Source of the DNA: Felis catus
Taxonomy: Eukaryota
Reading direction: 5' to 3'
Assembly (NCBI RefSeq): GCF_018350175.1
Contig: NC_058368.1
Coordinates: 165,976,001 to 166,040,000 of the forward strand
Length of the DNA stretch: 64,000 nucleotides
Below the pieces are notes generated by a model, which was not told the DNA's origin, did no database searches, and saw nothing but the letters and a program-made list of their open reading frames with translations. This document shows positions 13,180 to 26,061 of the stretch, piece by piece (the stretch's first letter is position 1; the number at the start of each line of letters is the position of its first letter). Both the position numbers and the translations under genes were made by a program.

Positions 13180-13182
<3 letters not shown>

Positions 13183-13217
<35 letters not shown>
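13183..13217. repeat. (CA)n microsatellite
   Basis: Direct reading. Confidence 0.95.
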
Positions 13218-13218
<1 letters not shown>

Positions 13219-13394
13219 GCAAAGAAGTTTGCCTTTAAGCTTTTCTACTAAACCTCACAATTAAATACTCTCAAAACTTGTCTTGCACTGACAAAGTTAG
13301 TATTTTCTGCATGATACCTACATATTACACACATTTTTTTTTTTTTTTTTTTTTGCAGTGTGTGTTTAGGTAGAAAGAAGGATGGGAAGAAAGG

Positions 13395-13545
13395 AGCTAA
13401 TATGTAATGAATGCCTACTGTTTTTTAGGTGCTTAATATTATGCCATCTCTTCTAATATCCTCACTATCCCCCAAGTGTTATATTTATCCTTTTTGGAAT
13501 ATGAGGAAACCAAATTTCAGTGAAATTAAATAACCAAATCAATTT
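13395..13545 (-). mobile_element. MIR relic
   Basis: atgaatgcctactg...atgaggaaaccaaatttcagtgaaattaaataacc antisense MIR core. Confidence 0.65.
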
Positions 13546-14029
13546 ATGCCCCACTGCTCATTCTATTTGAACCTTTCACACAATTTCCATCTGAACCTTG
13601 TTTTGTCTCATTCAAAGCTCTGTATTTCCACTTTACCAATGCTCCCCTAAATTATTTACTTGTTACGTATTAAACGTACAGAGATTTTACCATGGTACTG
13701 AGCTTCTTAAAGTTCTCCTGTGTCTACAATTGTTAGATACAGAGTCACGATAGCCTTTCCTGGAAAGCACTGTCAATCCATGGATAGATGTCTTATCCAT
13801 AACACTCAATGAACTAACTCTGTGGAAAATCCTCCCATCTGACTCCTGGACTCCAGAACTACACTTGCAGCTCATGTAATGTAAGAGAGAAGAGAGCACA
13901 ATCATGAAGTAAAGAGAGAACAGACAAGTCCTCCCTTCTCTAGCTTCCTCTATTTTATATTCATCAGAGAGATGCAACATATACCACATGAGAGTCAAAA
14001 GGTTGTCTTTTCATTTATTTTAGAGATTA

Positions 14030-14700
14030 AGAGTCCAGGTAGTAAGATTTGGAAAATTTTGAAAAGAGATTTTCCTCAATCACTCCATAAACGAATGTAG
14101 AAGAAGGAGAACTAGACAGAAGTAAAAAGCAATGCAGTAGGGAATTGAAAAGATGGACTAAAACCAACAGATTAGTGGAAAGGGGGAGCCCTACATGCCT
14201 GTGGGGCTGGTATTACAAAGCTTGACACAAGAATCAGGAGCAGGGCTGTGGGAAGAACCATGTGGTCCTAGTAGAGAAGGCTGGTTGCCTTGTGAGACAT
14301 GGGTAGGGGCTTGTTTAAGGAATGATTTGCGAAAGCCAATGAGGTTCTGGCAGAGTTAAAAATGAGTGGAGAGATCAACTCAATCTGAGGAGAAGGGCAA
14401 GGAACGGGAAAACTGAGAAAACTATAAGGAGCTGAAGATTGGGCATCAGTCTAAAAGTGTGAAGGAGGGAATGCTGAGGGAAGTGGTAAGAAGTGAGAAG
14501 GTCTAATGGTGGGAGCATGGGTTGCTCAAAAGTTCACTTCCAAAGAAGGAATGGGATCCAAAGCTTTAGAGGAAGTAGAGTAGTTGGGGTTTTTACTTTT
14601 AGGGGAGAACACAAAGCTTTAGTAATGGATCTTGGGAGGTAACAAGCCAGGACACAAGTGTAGGAAGCTTGTACAAAATCTTCCAGGTGCAAAAGACATG
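14030..14700 (-). mobile_element. Probable decayed L2 internal fragment
   Basis: Long purine-rich tract resembling antisense L2 ORF2; recognised by composition only. Confidence 0.4.
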
Positions 14701-14739
14701 AGGCTAAAATGACTCCTGCACTTACAGTGTATGGAACCA

Positions 14740-15351
14740 CAACCCGTGTGCCTCCTCTGATTTACTCATCCATGCCTTAGGTTTCATTGTCTGAGGCTAA
14801 ACAGTCACTATGCCTATCGCACAGCCAGACCGAACAGTCATAGAACCAGAGTCTCTGGCTTCTATCATTTCTTCTGGAATCGTATGAAACAATAACAACA
14901 GGGCATGAAATCTTCCTTTTCTTAGAACTCTCTAAAATGGGTCAAGTGATTCCACTTGTATTATTACTTCAGAGGAATTAATTCCCCATGAAGCAAACAT
15001 TAATCAATGGGATCTGGGAGGCAAAAGGAGCCCAGAAGATGAATTCTCTTTCCTATCTTGCTTCCATGGACTACTCTATGGCATGGCCATCCTTGATGTG
15101 TGCCCACAGATTGTAAATGTACCATCTTACTAAAGATGTAAAGACTAAAGACTAAAGACTGTATCTCCTCCCAGCTTCCCTAAAGTGGTAGCCAGTACTG
15201 TGATAATATGACTGCATTAGCTGACATTCCTTCTTGTCTTAGTACTCTTTCTCTTCTCCATCTTGAATTTGCACCTCCCCTCACCCCCAAACAACATTGT
15301 AACTTAGACATTTGTTTTGGGTCATATTTTTAGATAACTCCAGATAAGGCA
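14740..15351 (+). mobile_element. Old ERVL LTR (LTR33/LTR16-like)
   Basis: tgggatctgggaggcaaaagg, ttgcacctcccc, and a 3' end ttgttttgggtcatatttttagataactccagataaggca resembling LTR33/16 termini; 5' boundary uncertain. Confidence 0.55.
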
Positions 15352-15844
15352 ACTATATAAAAACTATCTCCCACATCTGAGACATACTTCAGAAAACATA
15401 GCAGTGCACCATGTTGATGCCTATAGGTATAATGGAAAATAGTAATCAAATATGGATTCAAGTTTCAGTACTTTTATCTGTCATGTGGCTTTTCAGTCTT
15501 TTGTCTTACTGTTTTTTAACCTCTAAATCACAAGATGATTTAACTACGTCATAGAGTTTTTGGTAATATAAAAAACTCAAGGTCTGTATTACAAAGGAAA
15601 TTCAGTCAAAAGTTTCCATAAATAAATAAATCTTAGTTCTATCAAATTAATTATATATTTGATATTTATCATTTAATATAATATACAGTATTACTATATA
15701 GAAATATTTTATTTTATACTTTGAAGTTTGAGTATAAAATTGGAAGCATTATAGAGAAATGTCTGACTTATATGATAATATAGTTTGCCATAACCTAATT
15801 CAATATGTAACTGTTATCTTTTTCTAATGTAAAAAATAAAAAAT

Positions 15845-15965
15845 GGAAGGAAGGAAGAAGAAAGAAAGAAAAGGAGGAAGAGTGGAAGAGAGGGAAGAAG
15901 GGTGGAAGAAAGGACGTGAGGAAGGGAGGAAAGAAGAAATGCTGGTAGAAAGGAAGAAAGAAAGA
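15845..15965. repeat. GA-rich (GGAA)-like low-complexity tract
   Basis: Direct reading. Confidence 0.85.
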
Positions 15966-16102
15966 TAGGAAAATGTAATAAATTTACATTCATAAGGTAA
16001 GTACCAGGAAAATGTAATAAATTTACACATTGAGAAGTACCAGGAAATACTGCTTTGCTTATTTCTAAGGGAAAGATAGACTCTTAATTAATTGAATTTC
16101 AA

Positions 16103-16324
16103 ATTCAATTTTATTTTATTTTATTTTTATTTTATTTGAGACAGAGAGAGAGAAAGAAAGGGAGAGAGGCAAAGAGAGAGAGAATCTTAAGCAGCCTCCA
16201 TGGTCAGCGTGGAGTGAGTCTGTCATGTGTCTCGATCCCATGACCCTGGGATCATGACCTAAGATGAAGTCAGGAGTCTGACGCTCAATGTGTACTCAAA
16301 TGACTGAGCCACCCAGGTGCCCCC
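16103..16324 (-). mobile_element. Older Can-SINE
   Basis: Ends tgagccacccaggtgcccc; TSD TGAATTTCAA (16093-16102 / 16325-16334). Confidence 0.9.
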
Positions 16325-16530
16325 TGAATTTCAATTTTAAAGTAAACTTTCAATTTTAAAGTAATCCTAATTTACTTGTTGGCATCAATTGCATGAGAAA
16401 AATATATTGGTTTTCTGTTAATCTCAATTTTAACTTTTCACAAACATACTACTCATTTTGGTTAAAAAAATAAAGTTTACACAAACACATCAAGTTGTAA
16501 TTGAGGTTTGTTTTCTATTCTAAATAAACG

Positions 16531-16536
<6 letters not shown>

Positions 16537-16564
<28 letters not shown>

Positions 16565-16777
16565 TTTTTTCAACGTTTATTTATTTTTGGGACAGAGAGA
16601 GACAGAGCATGAACGGGGGGGGGGGGGGCAGAGAGAGAGGGAGACACAGAATCGGAAACAGGCTCCAGGCTCCGAGCCATCAGCCCAGAGCCCGACGCGG
16701 GGCTCGAACTCACGGACCGCGAGATCGTGACCTGGCTGAAGTCGGACGCTTAACCGACTGCGCCACCCAGGCGCCCC
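16537..16777 (-). mobile_element. Very young SINEC_Fc-type Can-SINE
   Basis: CpGs intact, T29 run (16531-16559, overlapping the TSD), perfect 16-bp TSD TAAATAAACGTTTTTT (16521-16536 / 16779-16794). Confidence 0.97.
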
Positions 16778-17291
16778 GTAAATAAACGTTTTTTAATTAA
16801 AACAATTTTAACTCATACACAGGATCTAACACCACCTTCTTGACTGTAATGGTTTTTGGTATTCTCCCAGACCACTAACATGTAGATACAATGTCATTAA
16901 AATTAATCAAGGAATTCTAAAATATGCCATATAGTAAATTTCTAATTCCACATTGCCTTCAGAAACATGATATGTAAAGTGTTCCTTGTTCATTAAAAAA
17001 AAAGAAAAGCTAAAAGCAAAATATATGCCCTCAGGAATAGAAAATGATTACAGAAGCTATTCCCCAGAACTTCTGCTCTAACTAAACACACGTTATTTCA
17101 GGAAATCTTGTTCATTCCAATACTTAAGAGGGTTTATCATTAAACTATAGTTCTTACTATCTATTCTTTTACTATAGTAGAAGCCTATATTTTATCTATT
17201 TTTAATTTTTTATCTAATCCTCAATAAAGTCCAGAAAACTAGAAACACTAATTTTACAATTATTTCTGTATACTAGCAAATGTTCATTTTT

Positions 17292-17505
17292 TTAAATTTT
17301 TTTAACGTTTATTTATTTTTGAGACAGAGAGAGATAGAGCATGAATGGGGTGGGTCAGAGAGAGAGGGAGACACAGAATCCGAAACAGGCTCCAGGCTCT
17401 GAGCTGTCAGCACAGAGTCCGACGCGGGGCTTGAACTCACTGGCCGCGAGATCGTGACCTGAGCTGAAGTCGGACGCTTAGCTGACTGAGTCACCCAGGC
17501 GCCCC
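17292..17505 (-). mobile_element. Can-SINE (felid SINEC)
   Basis: TSD AAATGTTCATTTTT (17278-17291 / 17506-17519). Confidence 0.95.
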
Positions 17506-18739
17506 AAATGTTCATTTTTAAGATATGATACAGGTTTGCATTTGTCTAAATCTCCCCTAGGGAATATCAAATAAGGGCTATCAGATGAGATCACTATCCC
17601 TGAATATTTTTGGAGACTGCTCCAAAATCAACATTTTAAAATATGGCAATAAAGGTACAAGTTTAAGTCAGACTAAAAGAAGACACCCAAGAATTCATCA
17701 TTACTCGCATTTACAACTTAAGGATACAACAATGACTGAACTCCAAAACTACCTAATTGGATGCTCCATCACTATGCTTTTCTGTCTTGAGAGTCCCGAA
17801 TACATAAGCTTAAGTCTCTGGGTTTATATCAACCGTGGCTACCAATTCATGGCTTAATTTTCCATTAAATTTTAATCTTTTCCTTGGGCCTCCCCATTAT
17901 GCCTTCAGAAACTGGTTTTATCACTGTAATATAAAGCAATTAAATTAAATATGTAAATCTTTGGCAGCTTACAGGTTTGCTTTTCTTCTGAGCCAAATTA
18001 AAATAGCATTAGATTTAAAACTTGTAAGTTTAGTTCAAATCTTTAAGAACTGAGTTTCTATGTAGTATATTTTTAATGTCTCATTTCAAAATTTAGAACA
18101 TGACACATTCTAATACTTACATTAAACTAAAATATATCAATCCATAGTCCAAATAAGGAAAATGAAGGGATAAAAGTAACCATTTACTAAAAGACAGAAA
18201 AAGAATGTAATTTATGTGAACATACAGACTTTGAAGACATGATGGCCAATAACTCTGTGCTTTTAATCACTTGCTGTGATGTTAAAGACATCCTCAAGTT
18301 AATACATTATTTTTATTATTATTATTTTTCAGTAAGCAAAACAAAGAGAACAGAAATATAACTAAACTGAAGGTTATGATTTGATGAAAATACGTTTAGG
18401 GATTTAACACTATGATGACAGTTTCAAAATATCTCTTCAAGAACAAATTCATCCACTATACGCCACTGGATTTTAGACATTTACCAGGCTTTAGTGAATA
18501 ATATTGTCAGTTACAGAGCAGGGTATACTTATATGTTTTTTAACATAATTTAAAAATCTCAAAATTCCTTTTCCTGTGTAATAGTACATATTGACATATA
18601 TTTTATACTCCTGAAAGAAATAAATATTAAAGAATAATAAAAATAATTTGAAAGGGATATACAAGTCAAAAACAAATAATTCCAAATCATTTAAAAACCA
18701 AGAGAAAGGAAATAATTTGTTAAGGTTAAAAATCAAGTG

Positions 18740-20467
18740 TCCACACAGCTGACACCATACTTAATGGTGAAGAACTGAAATCTTTTCCTCTAAGACTGGG
18801 AACAAAAGAGGGATGTCCACCTTCACTACTTCTATTCAACCTAATATTGGAATCCTAGCCTGAGAAATTAGGCAAGAAAAAGAAAGAAGAGGTATTCAAA
18901 TTGGAAAGGAAGAAATAAAATTAACTCTGTTTGCAGATGACATCATCTTATATATAGGAAAGCCTAAAGATTCCACACTGGAAACAAAACACAGCAAAGT
19001 GAAACAAAACTTGTTAAAATAAACAACTTCAACAAAGTTGCAGGATACAAAATCAACATGCAAAAATCAGTTGCATTACTTTGCATCAACACCCTGAACA
19101 ATCTAAGTAAATCAGGACAATTCCATTTACATACAATATCATCAAAAAATAGTGAAGAATAAATGTAATTATGGCTGTAAATGATTTTTTACAGTAAAAT
19201 CTACAAAATGTTGAAAAAAACTTAAAGAAGCCATGAAGAAACGGAAGAATAGCTCATGATCATGGTTTGGAAGACATAATATTATCAAGATGTAAATACT
19301 ATCCAAAGCAACATACAGATTCAATTCAATGCCTATCAAACTCCCAATGGTATTCTTTTGCAGAAGTAGAAAAAGGTATTCTAAAATTCAAATGGAATCT
19401 TAAGCCACCTCAGATAGCCAAAGCAATCTTACAAAAAAACAAAGATAAAGGTTTCACACTTCCTGATTTCAAAATTTACGATAAGGCTACTATATAAACC
19501 ACAGTGTAGTACAGGCATAGACAGACATATAGACCAATAAATTAAAATAAGAGGCCAGAAATAAACACGTATGTAGTTAAATGAGTTTCAATAAGATCTT
19601 GATACTAAGATCATTCAAGGACAGTGTTTTCAACAAATACTATCAAGGAAACGATATTCACATGCAAAAGAATGAGTTCCTTAATGTTATATACCACATA
19701 TAAAATTAACTCAAAATTGATCAAATAATAATATGTTAGAGCTAAAACTATAACCTTCTTATAAGAAAACATAGGGGGAAATTTTCATGACATCATATTT
19801 GGCAATGATTTCTTGACTATGACACCAAAAGTACAGGCAGCAAAGGAAAAACAGATTAAATTTTAATCTATTAAAATTAAAATTTTGACTCAAAATTTAA
19901 AACTTAGGTGCATCCAAACAATCAACAAAGTAAAAAGACAACCTAAACAATGGAAGCAAGTATTTGAAAATCACTTATGTGATAAGAAGTTAACATCCAA
20001 AATATATAAAGAATTCCCATAGCACAACAACAAAAACAAACAACTCTATTTGAAAATGCACAAAGGACTTGAATAGACATTTCTCTAAAGAAGATATTCA
20101 CATAACCAATAAATGCATGAGAGGATGCTCATCTCTAATCATTAGGGAAGTATATTAAAGCTATAATGAGATATCACTTTACACCCATCAGGATAACTAC
20201 TATAAGAAAAACAACACCAACAAAAAAATAAGTGTTGGATGCAGAGGATGTAGAGACACTAGAACCTTTGGGCATTGTTGGTAAAAATGTGAAATGATTC
20301 AACACTATGAACCTATTAATTAAAATTTAAATACAGTGTAGCCCACCAATTCTACTTTTACATATATACCCCAAAGAATTGAAAGCACTTGACTTAATAG
20401 ATCTTTTTACATCCATGTTCATAATAGCGTTATTCACAATAGCTAAGGGTGGAATCAACTAAAATGT
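18740..20467 (+). mobile_element. L1M ORF2 fragment (RT domain to near 3' UTR), decayed
   Basis: Encodes [14 protein letters not shown] and the LFADDIILY reverse-transcriptase motif (~18927-18953); ORF 19267-19497 gives [11 protein letters not shown]; many stops and frameshifts. Confidence 0.92.
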
Positions 20468-20488
20468 TGATTTTAAGAATTACTTTAC

Positions 20489-20712
20489 AGGTGCCTAGGT
20501 GGCTCAGGCAGTTAAGTGTCCGACTCTTGATTTCAGCTCAGGTCATGGTCTTGAGGTTTGTGAGTTCGAGCCCAGCACTGGGCTCTGTGCTGACAGTGCA
20601 GAGCCTGTTTGGGATTCTTTCTCTACTCTTCTCTCTCTGTCCCTCCCCACTCATCCTCTCCCATTCTCTCTCCCCCTCTCCTTCTCAATAAATAAATATA
20701 AACAAATAAATG
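20489..20712 (+). mobile_element. Can-SINE inserted in L1
   Basis: ggtgcctaggtggctcagg head; imperfect TSD AGAATTA(C/G)TTTA. Confidence 0.92.
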
Positions 20713-21091
20713 AGAATTAGTTTAAAGCTATAGTGATCAAGAAAGTATGGTATTGCAATAGGATAGGTAAAAATATTATTGAAACATAACAGATTCTGGA
20801 AAGACTGATATATAGACAGCTGGTTTTTAAAAAGACGCCAATCTAAATAATACATTTTGGGATTGACCAAAAGAATGACCTTTTCAACAAATGACACTGT
20901 AACAACTGAATATCCAAATGCAAATTTATGTATGTAACAATTTCAACAAAAAACTGACCTCACCACACACTATGTACAAAAACTAATTCTAAATGTAAGA
21001 TCCTAGAGTTAGGCGTTACAGCCAAATCTATAAAGCTTTTAGAAGGAGAAAAAAAATGAAACAATCTTATATATCTTGGTTTAAAAACAGA

Positions 21092-21311
21092 TTTAATTTT
21101 TTTTAATATTTATTTATTTTTGAGAGACAGAGAGAGAGCGCGCATGAGCGGGGGAAGGGCAGAAAGAGAGAGAGGGACACAGAATATTAGGCAGGCTCCA
21201 GGCTCTGAGCTGTCAGCACAGGGCCCAACGTGGGACTCAAACCCATAAACCCCGAGATCATGACCTGAGCCGAAGTCGGACGCTTAACCAACTAAGCCAC
21301 CCAAGTGACCC
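21092..21311 (-). mobile_element. Can-SINE, probably inserted in the tail of the adjacent SINE
   Basis: T-rich tail, GA-rich body, ends aagccacccaagtgaccc. Confidence 0.92.
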
Positions 21312-21519
21312 TTTTTCTTCTTTAAAGTTTATTTATTTATTTTGAGAGAGCTAGTGAGGGAGGGGCAGAGAGAGAGGAAGAGAGAGAGAATCCCAAGCAG
21401 GCTCCACACTATTAATGAATGGAGCATGATGTGGGGCTCAGATTCAGGAACAGTGAGAGCATGACCTGAGCCAAAATCCAGCATCAGATGCTTAACGAAC
21501 TGAGCCACCCAGGCACCCC
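21312..21519 (-). mobile_element. Older Can-SINE
   Basis: Ends tgagccacccaggcacccc. Confidence 0.9.
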
Positions 21520-23249
21520 TAACAATAGATCTCCTACATGAGAAAAAGTAGCATGAACTATAAAAAAATTAAATGATAAATTGAATTTTTAACTGACAAT
21601 TTTACAATTTATATTATACTTTAAGAAACTAAAAATCAAGCCACTGATTAGGAAAAAGTATTTGCCAAACATAAATCTGATAAATAACATGGGTACAGAA
21701 TATATAAAGAGTTTTTACAGTCTAATAATAAGATGACAATCACCCTGATGAAAAACATGGACAAATGACTGAAAGATAACTCTAGAAAAATAGGTACAAT
21801 GAAAAATATGCACATATACAGATGGTCAATGTCACCAGTCATTAGGAAATAAAAATTCAATCATGGTAAATTACACAATAGCAGTGTAAAATTCAAAAAA
21901 ACTGGCAATACTAAATGTCTCAATTGATAGTGGAAATGAAAAATAATATATGAAAAAGACATTTTGGCTGTTTCTTATAAATTTTAATATACCACTCCCC
22001 TAAATTCAGCAATCCAATTCCTTTACCCAAGGTAAATTAAAATATTTGTCCATAAAAATACTTGTATTCAAAAATTCATAGCAGCTTTACTGCTAATAAC
22101 TCATTTGGAAACAATCCAAATGCCCATCATAGGAGAATAATAAAAACAAATATGGTAAGTCCATAACATAGAAAACTGCTTTGCATAAAAAATACCACAA
22201 ACACAGGTAGCAAGCTAAAAGAATCCCCAAATCGTTATGCCACGGGAAGGAAATGAGCTTCAATAATACATAGTTTTTTATTCTGTTTATATGAAATTCT
22301 AGGTACGTCAAAAGTATAGAGTATAACACTGTTTTCCAGAAGCTAGTAGTTGGGGAAGGCGATTGACTGTAAAGAGGCACACGGTACGTTTTGGCATAGT
22401 TTTGTTCTGTATCATGATAAATGTGGTTGTTGTGTGTCTAAACCCTGGATTGGTGAATTTACATACGTAAATTGTAAAGAAAACGAACTAAATTCATTTT
22501 CCTAAAAAATATAGACTAATAAGAAAGTCTAACTAGGAATAATAGTTTTTCTATAATATTGTTTTGAGGCATTGACATTCTCTTATATTTTGTAACTTTT
22601 CATTGCTACTACACATTTTATCCTTAAAAAATATGTTCATAAGATTACACTGATTGTAAAAACCATGTTTTACTGAGTAAATATATGAAAAAATACTGAT
22701 GAAATTAAGGATTGGGATAAACATTTTTTTAAGTGCAAAGAAGCTGAAATTCAAATAATGTTACAGATTTAAGTTGCTTTAAAAAAGGAAAAAAATAGTG
22801 TAAACATTTTAGTGTCAGTTTATGGAAATTTCAACTGAAAATAAAGATAAATAGTAAAATATGGAATTTTAAAATATTAGTTTAAGAAATAATGTCTATA
22901 TTATCATAAAGTTTAAAGAACTAGTATTAACGCACTGATTTTAGTACTATATATTGCTCCCAAACACTAAAGTATTCTAATCAGGATATTAAAAAAATAC
23001 AATCTAAGATCAAGAAATAATGACTTTTTTATGACCTTGTAGGTTTTCCTAATGCTCTCATCATTGAGCATCATTAGTTATAAAATATGGCATCACATAT
23101 TTGAATAACTGAGATACATTTGACTAAGTGGTATTTGATTTTAATGCTACAGTTTCTAAGGAAGCTGTAAAAGTGTTTGAAAATGCTGCCTTTCCTAAAA
23201 TTAAACATGTTGTGTGATTGTGTCATGAGAATTTTAATATTCCCTGCAG

Positions 23250-23338
23250 ATGTTTCATCATTGATCTGAGCAAAACAGACCATGGTAATAACATCTCCTT
23301 ACTTTCATAGCTTGCATAAATGAAGAGTCACCAACCAG
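23250..23338 (+). other. Candidate small exon (89 nt, or 28 nt from alternative acceptor at 23311)
   Basis: Acceptors ttccctgcag and ctccttactttcatag; consensus donor CAG|GTAAGT. Confidence 0.25.
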
Positions 23339-23718
23339 GTAAGTCCCCTTTGTATTGTGCCCAACTTTTTCATTCATTCCTAATATTTATTGGTATTTTT
23401 TGAAGGAAAGATTCATTAGCATTTATATTGCTGTTACTTTATCAACATTTAAAATGACTATCTAGACCTTTTAGTAAAAGAACTATGCAATGTAAGCAGG
23501 ATGAATAACACATATGTCATTCAAAAAAATGGCTAACACAGTAAAAGATAAGGGGTGTGGTTAGAATTTCCATTACTTATAAAGAAAAAGGTGAATTTAG
23601 TTTAAAAAAACCTTAAATTTACAATTTTTCTGGTTTCTTCATTCTCTAATATTGTGAGGAAGAATAGGTGAACCTTCATATAAAGTGAGAATCATCCAAA
23701 ATTTGGTAAGATATCCAA

Positions 23719-24359
23719 AAGCAAAAATGAACTATTAGGACTTCATCAAGGTAAAAAGTTTCTGCACAGCAAAGGAAACAATCAATAAAACAAAAAAGTC
23801 AGCCTAGGAAATAGGAGAAGATATTTGCAAATGACATATGTGATAAAGGGTTAGTATCCAAACCTATAAAGAACTTATCAAACATCCAAGAAACAAAAAA
23901 TCCAATTAAGAAATGGACAGAAGACGTGAATAGACATTTTTTCCAAAGAAGACATACAAATGGCTAACAGACACATGTAAGAGGCTCAATATCACTCATT
24001 ATCAGGGAAATGCAAATCAAAACCACAATGAGATACCACTTCACACCTGTCAGAATGGCTAAAATGAATAACACAGATGTTGTCGAGGATGTGGAGAAAG
24101 GGAAACCCTCTTACACTGTGGAAATGCAAACTGGTGCAGCCACTACGGAAAACAGTATGGAGGTTCCTCCAGATGTTAAGAATAGAACTACCTTACAACT
24201 CAGCAATTGAATTATTAGGTATTTATCCAAAGGATACAAAAATACTGATTCTAAGGGGCATGTGCACCTCAATGTTCAATGCAGCATTATCAACAATAGC
24301 CAAATTATGAAAAAACTCAAATGTCCATCAACTGATAAATGGATAAAGAAGATGTGGGT

Positions 24360-24409
<50 letters not shown>

Positions 24410-24864
24410 GAATATTATTCAGCTATCAAAAAAGAATGAAATCTTGCCATGTGCAATGACATGATGGTGCTAGAATGTATTATGCTAAGCAAAATAAGTC
24501 AGTCAAAGAAAGATAAATGGCATATATTTTCACTCATCGGTGGAATTTATGAAACAGAACAGATGAACATTGGGGAAAGGAAAAAACTAAAGAGAGAGGG
24601 GGGCCAAACCATAAGAGACTCTTAACTATAGAGAACAAACTGAGGGTTGCTGGAGGGAGGTGGGCAGGAGGATGGGCTAAATGGGTGATGGGTATTAAGG
24701 AAGGCACTTGTGATAAGTACTGGGTGTTACACGTAAGTGTTGACTCACTGAATTCTACTCCTGAAACCAATATTATACTATATGTTAATGAACTATAATT
24801 TAAATTAAAACATGAAATATTTAAAAAAATAGTAAAAGTAAAAATAAAATTAAAAAAATAACAA
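23719..24864 (+). mobile_element. 5'-truncated carnivore L1 (ORF2 C-terminus and 3' UTR)
   Basis: [17 protein letters not shown] and [18 protein letters not shown]2 motifs; A-rich tail; near-TSD GTAAGATA(T)CCAA (23706-23718 / 24865-24876); internal (CA)n 24361-24407. Confidence 0.95.
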
Positions 24865-26000
24865 GTAAGATACCAATTAGCATTAAACAAATCAGAGATA
24901 TGAAAAAAAAATCAAACTTGGCCAATAACTGGAAGAACCTTTAAAGCTTTTGAAGTAAGAAGATAAGCAAACGAAAAATATGCCACAAGGCAGAAGTGCT
25001 ACCAATTATAAGAGAAATGAGTGAGTGCAGCAGAGGTGCAGAGGAAGAGAGTAATACCCCTGATAAGGGTTAGGGAAGGGATGGGCAGAAAGAATCATAG
25101 AAAACAGTATAGATATAAACCATCTGAATCTGGCATTAAAGAAAATGCTACATACATGGCATGATGGAGAAGGTTAATTAACTAGAATCCTGTATATGCT
25201 GGTGCCAAGACAGAAGGGCACTTGTTGTGTGAACACAAGGAACCCAGAAACTTTTCCCTTGCTCATTTTTTCTTTCATTTAGTAACCGTTAAAATTTATA
25301 ATAGAGCTCACTTAAATTTATCTATTACTACAGTTAGTACATTATTTATAACATTTTAATAATTTGTATTTATTGGGAAAAATCATTAAAATATTAGTTG
25401 AGACAAATTAAAGATTTACAGAAAAAAGAAAAAAGAAGTATCATCTATATTAATTCCACCAAAAGCTACTGTTACATTTGATTTATTTTCTTTTTGACTT
25501 TTTTTCTATGCATTTGTTTATACAGGTGTGATTTTTATGGTTTACTTTTTCTTTGATAGCATATCATATATATTTTCCCATGAAGAACTTGAAATAACAG
25601 GAAATATTTAGTCAAAATGAAATGACAGTCCTTCCCACTTCCTTCTACCTTTAGAATTCAAAAACAAAGCTTATTTTCTTAGACAAAAAGGAAGAAACAA
25701 AAATGAAAAAGAGGTCTTTGGGCCTTGAATTTATCAGTTTTATGATTTTAATGCACTGCCATATTTGGCCTAAGTATAGATAGAGTCATTTTGACATGAA
25801 TATATATTCTAAAGAATTATTAAAAATACTTTAATAATAAAAGTGTAGTTTTACATTTTTTACCCACAGCATAATTTCCTTCATGAGAGTTGTGTAGGAA
25901 TAAAAGTAACTCTATTCAACCACAAACTGATCATCATATTAGCAGTGGCTTCATCGTGATAAATAAGAGGTTTTAAATAATTACACAATTGCTTTTATAC

Positions 26001-26061
26001 TATACTATAAAAACCATACTATAAAACCATAAAAAGTATACTATAAAACCATAAAAACTAT
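26001..26061. repeat. Short imperfect tandem repeat (tactataaaaccata)
   Basis: About 3-4 diverged copies read directly. Confidence 0.7.

Larger units (their letters stand above)
20468..22480 (+). mobile_element. Second, older L1 (MC/ME-like) ORF2 3' part and 3' UTR, interrupted by SINEs
   Basis: Removing the SINE restores gattttaagaattactttaaagctatagtgatcaag (DFKNYFKAIVIK); later ggaaacaatccaaatgcccatca and tttatatgaaattctag motifs. Confidence 0.8.
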
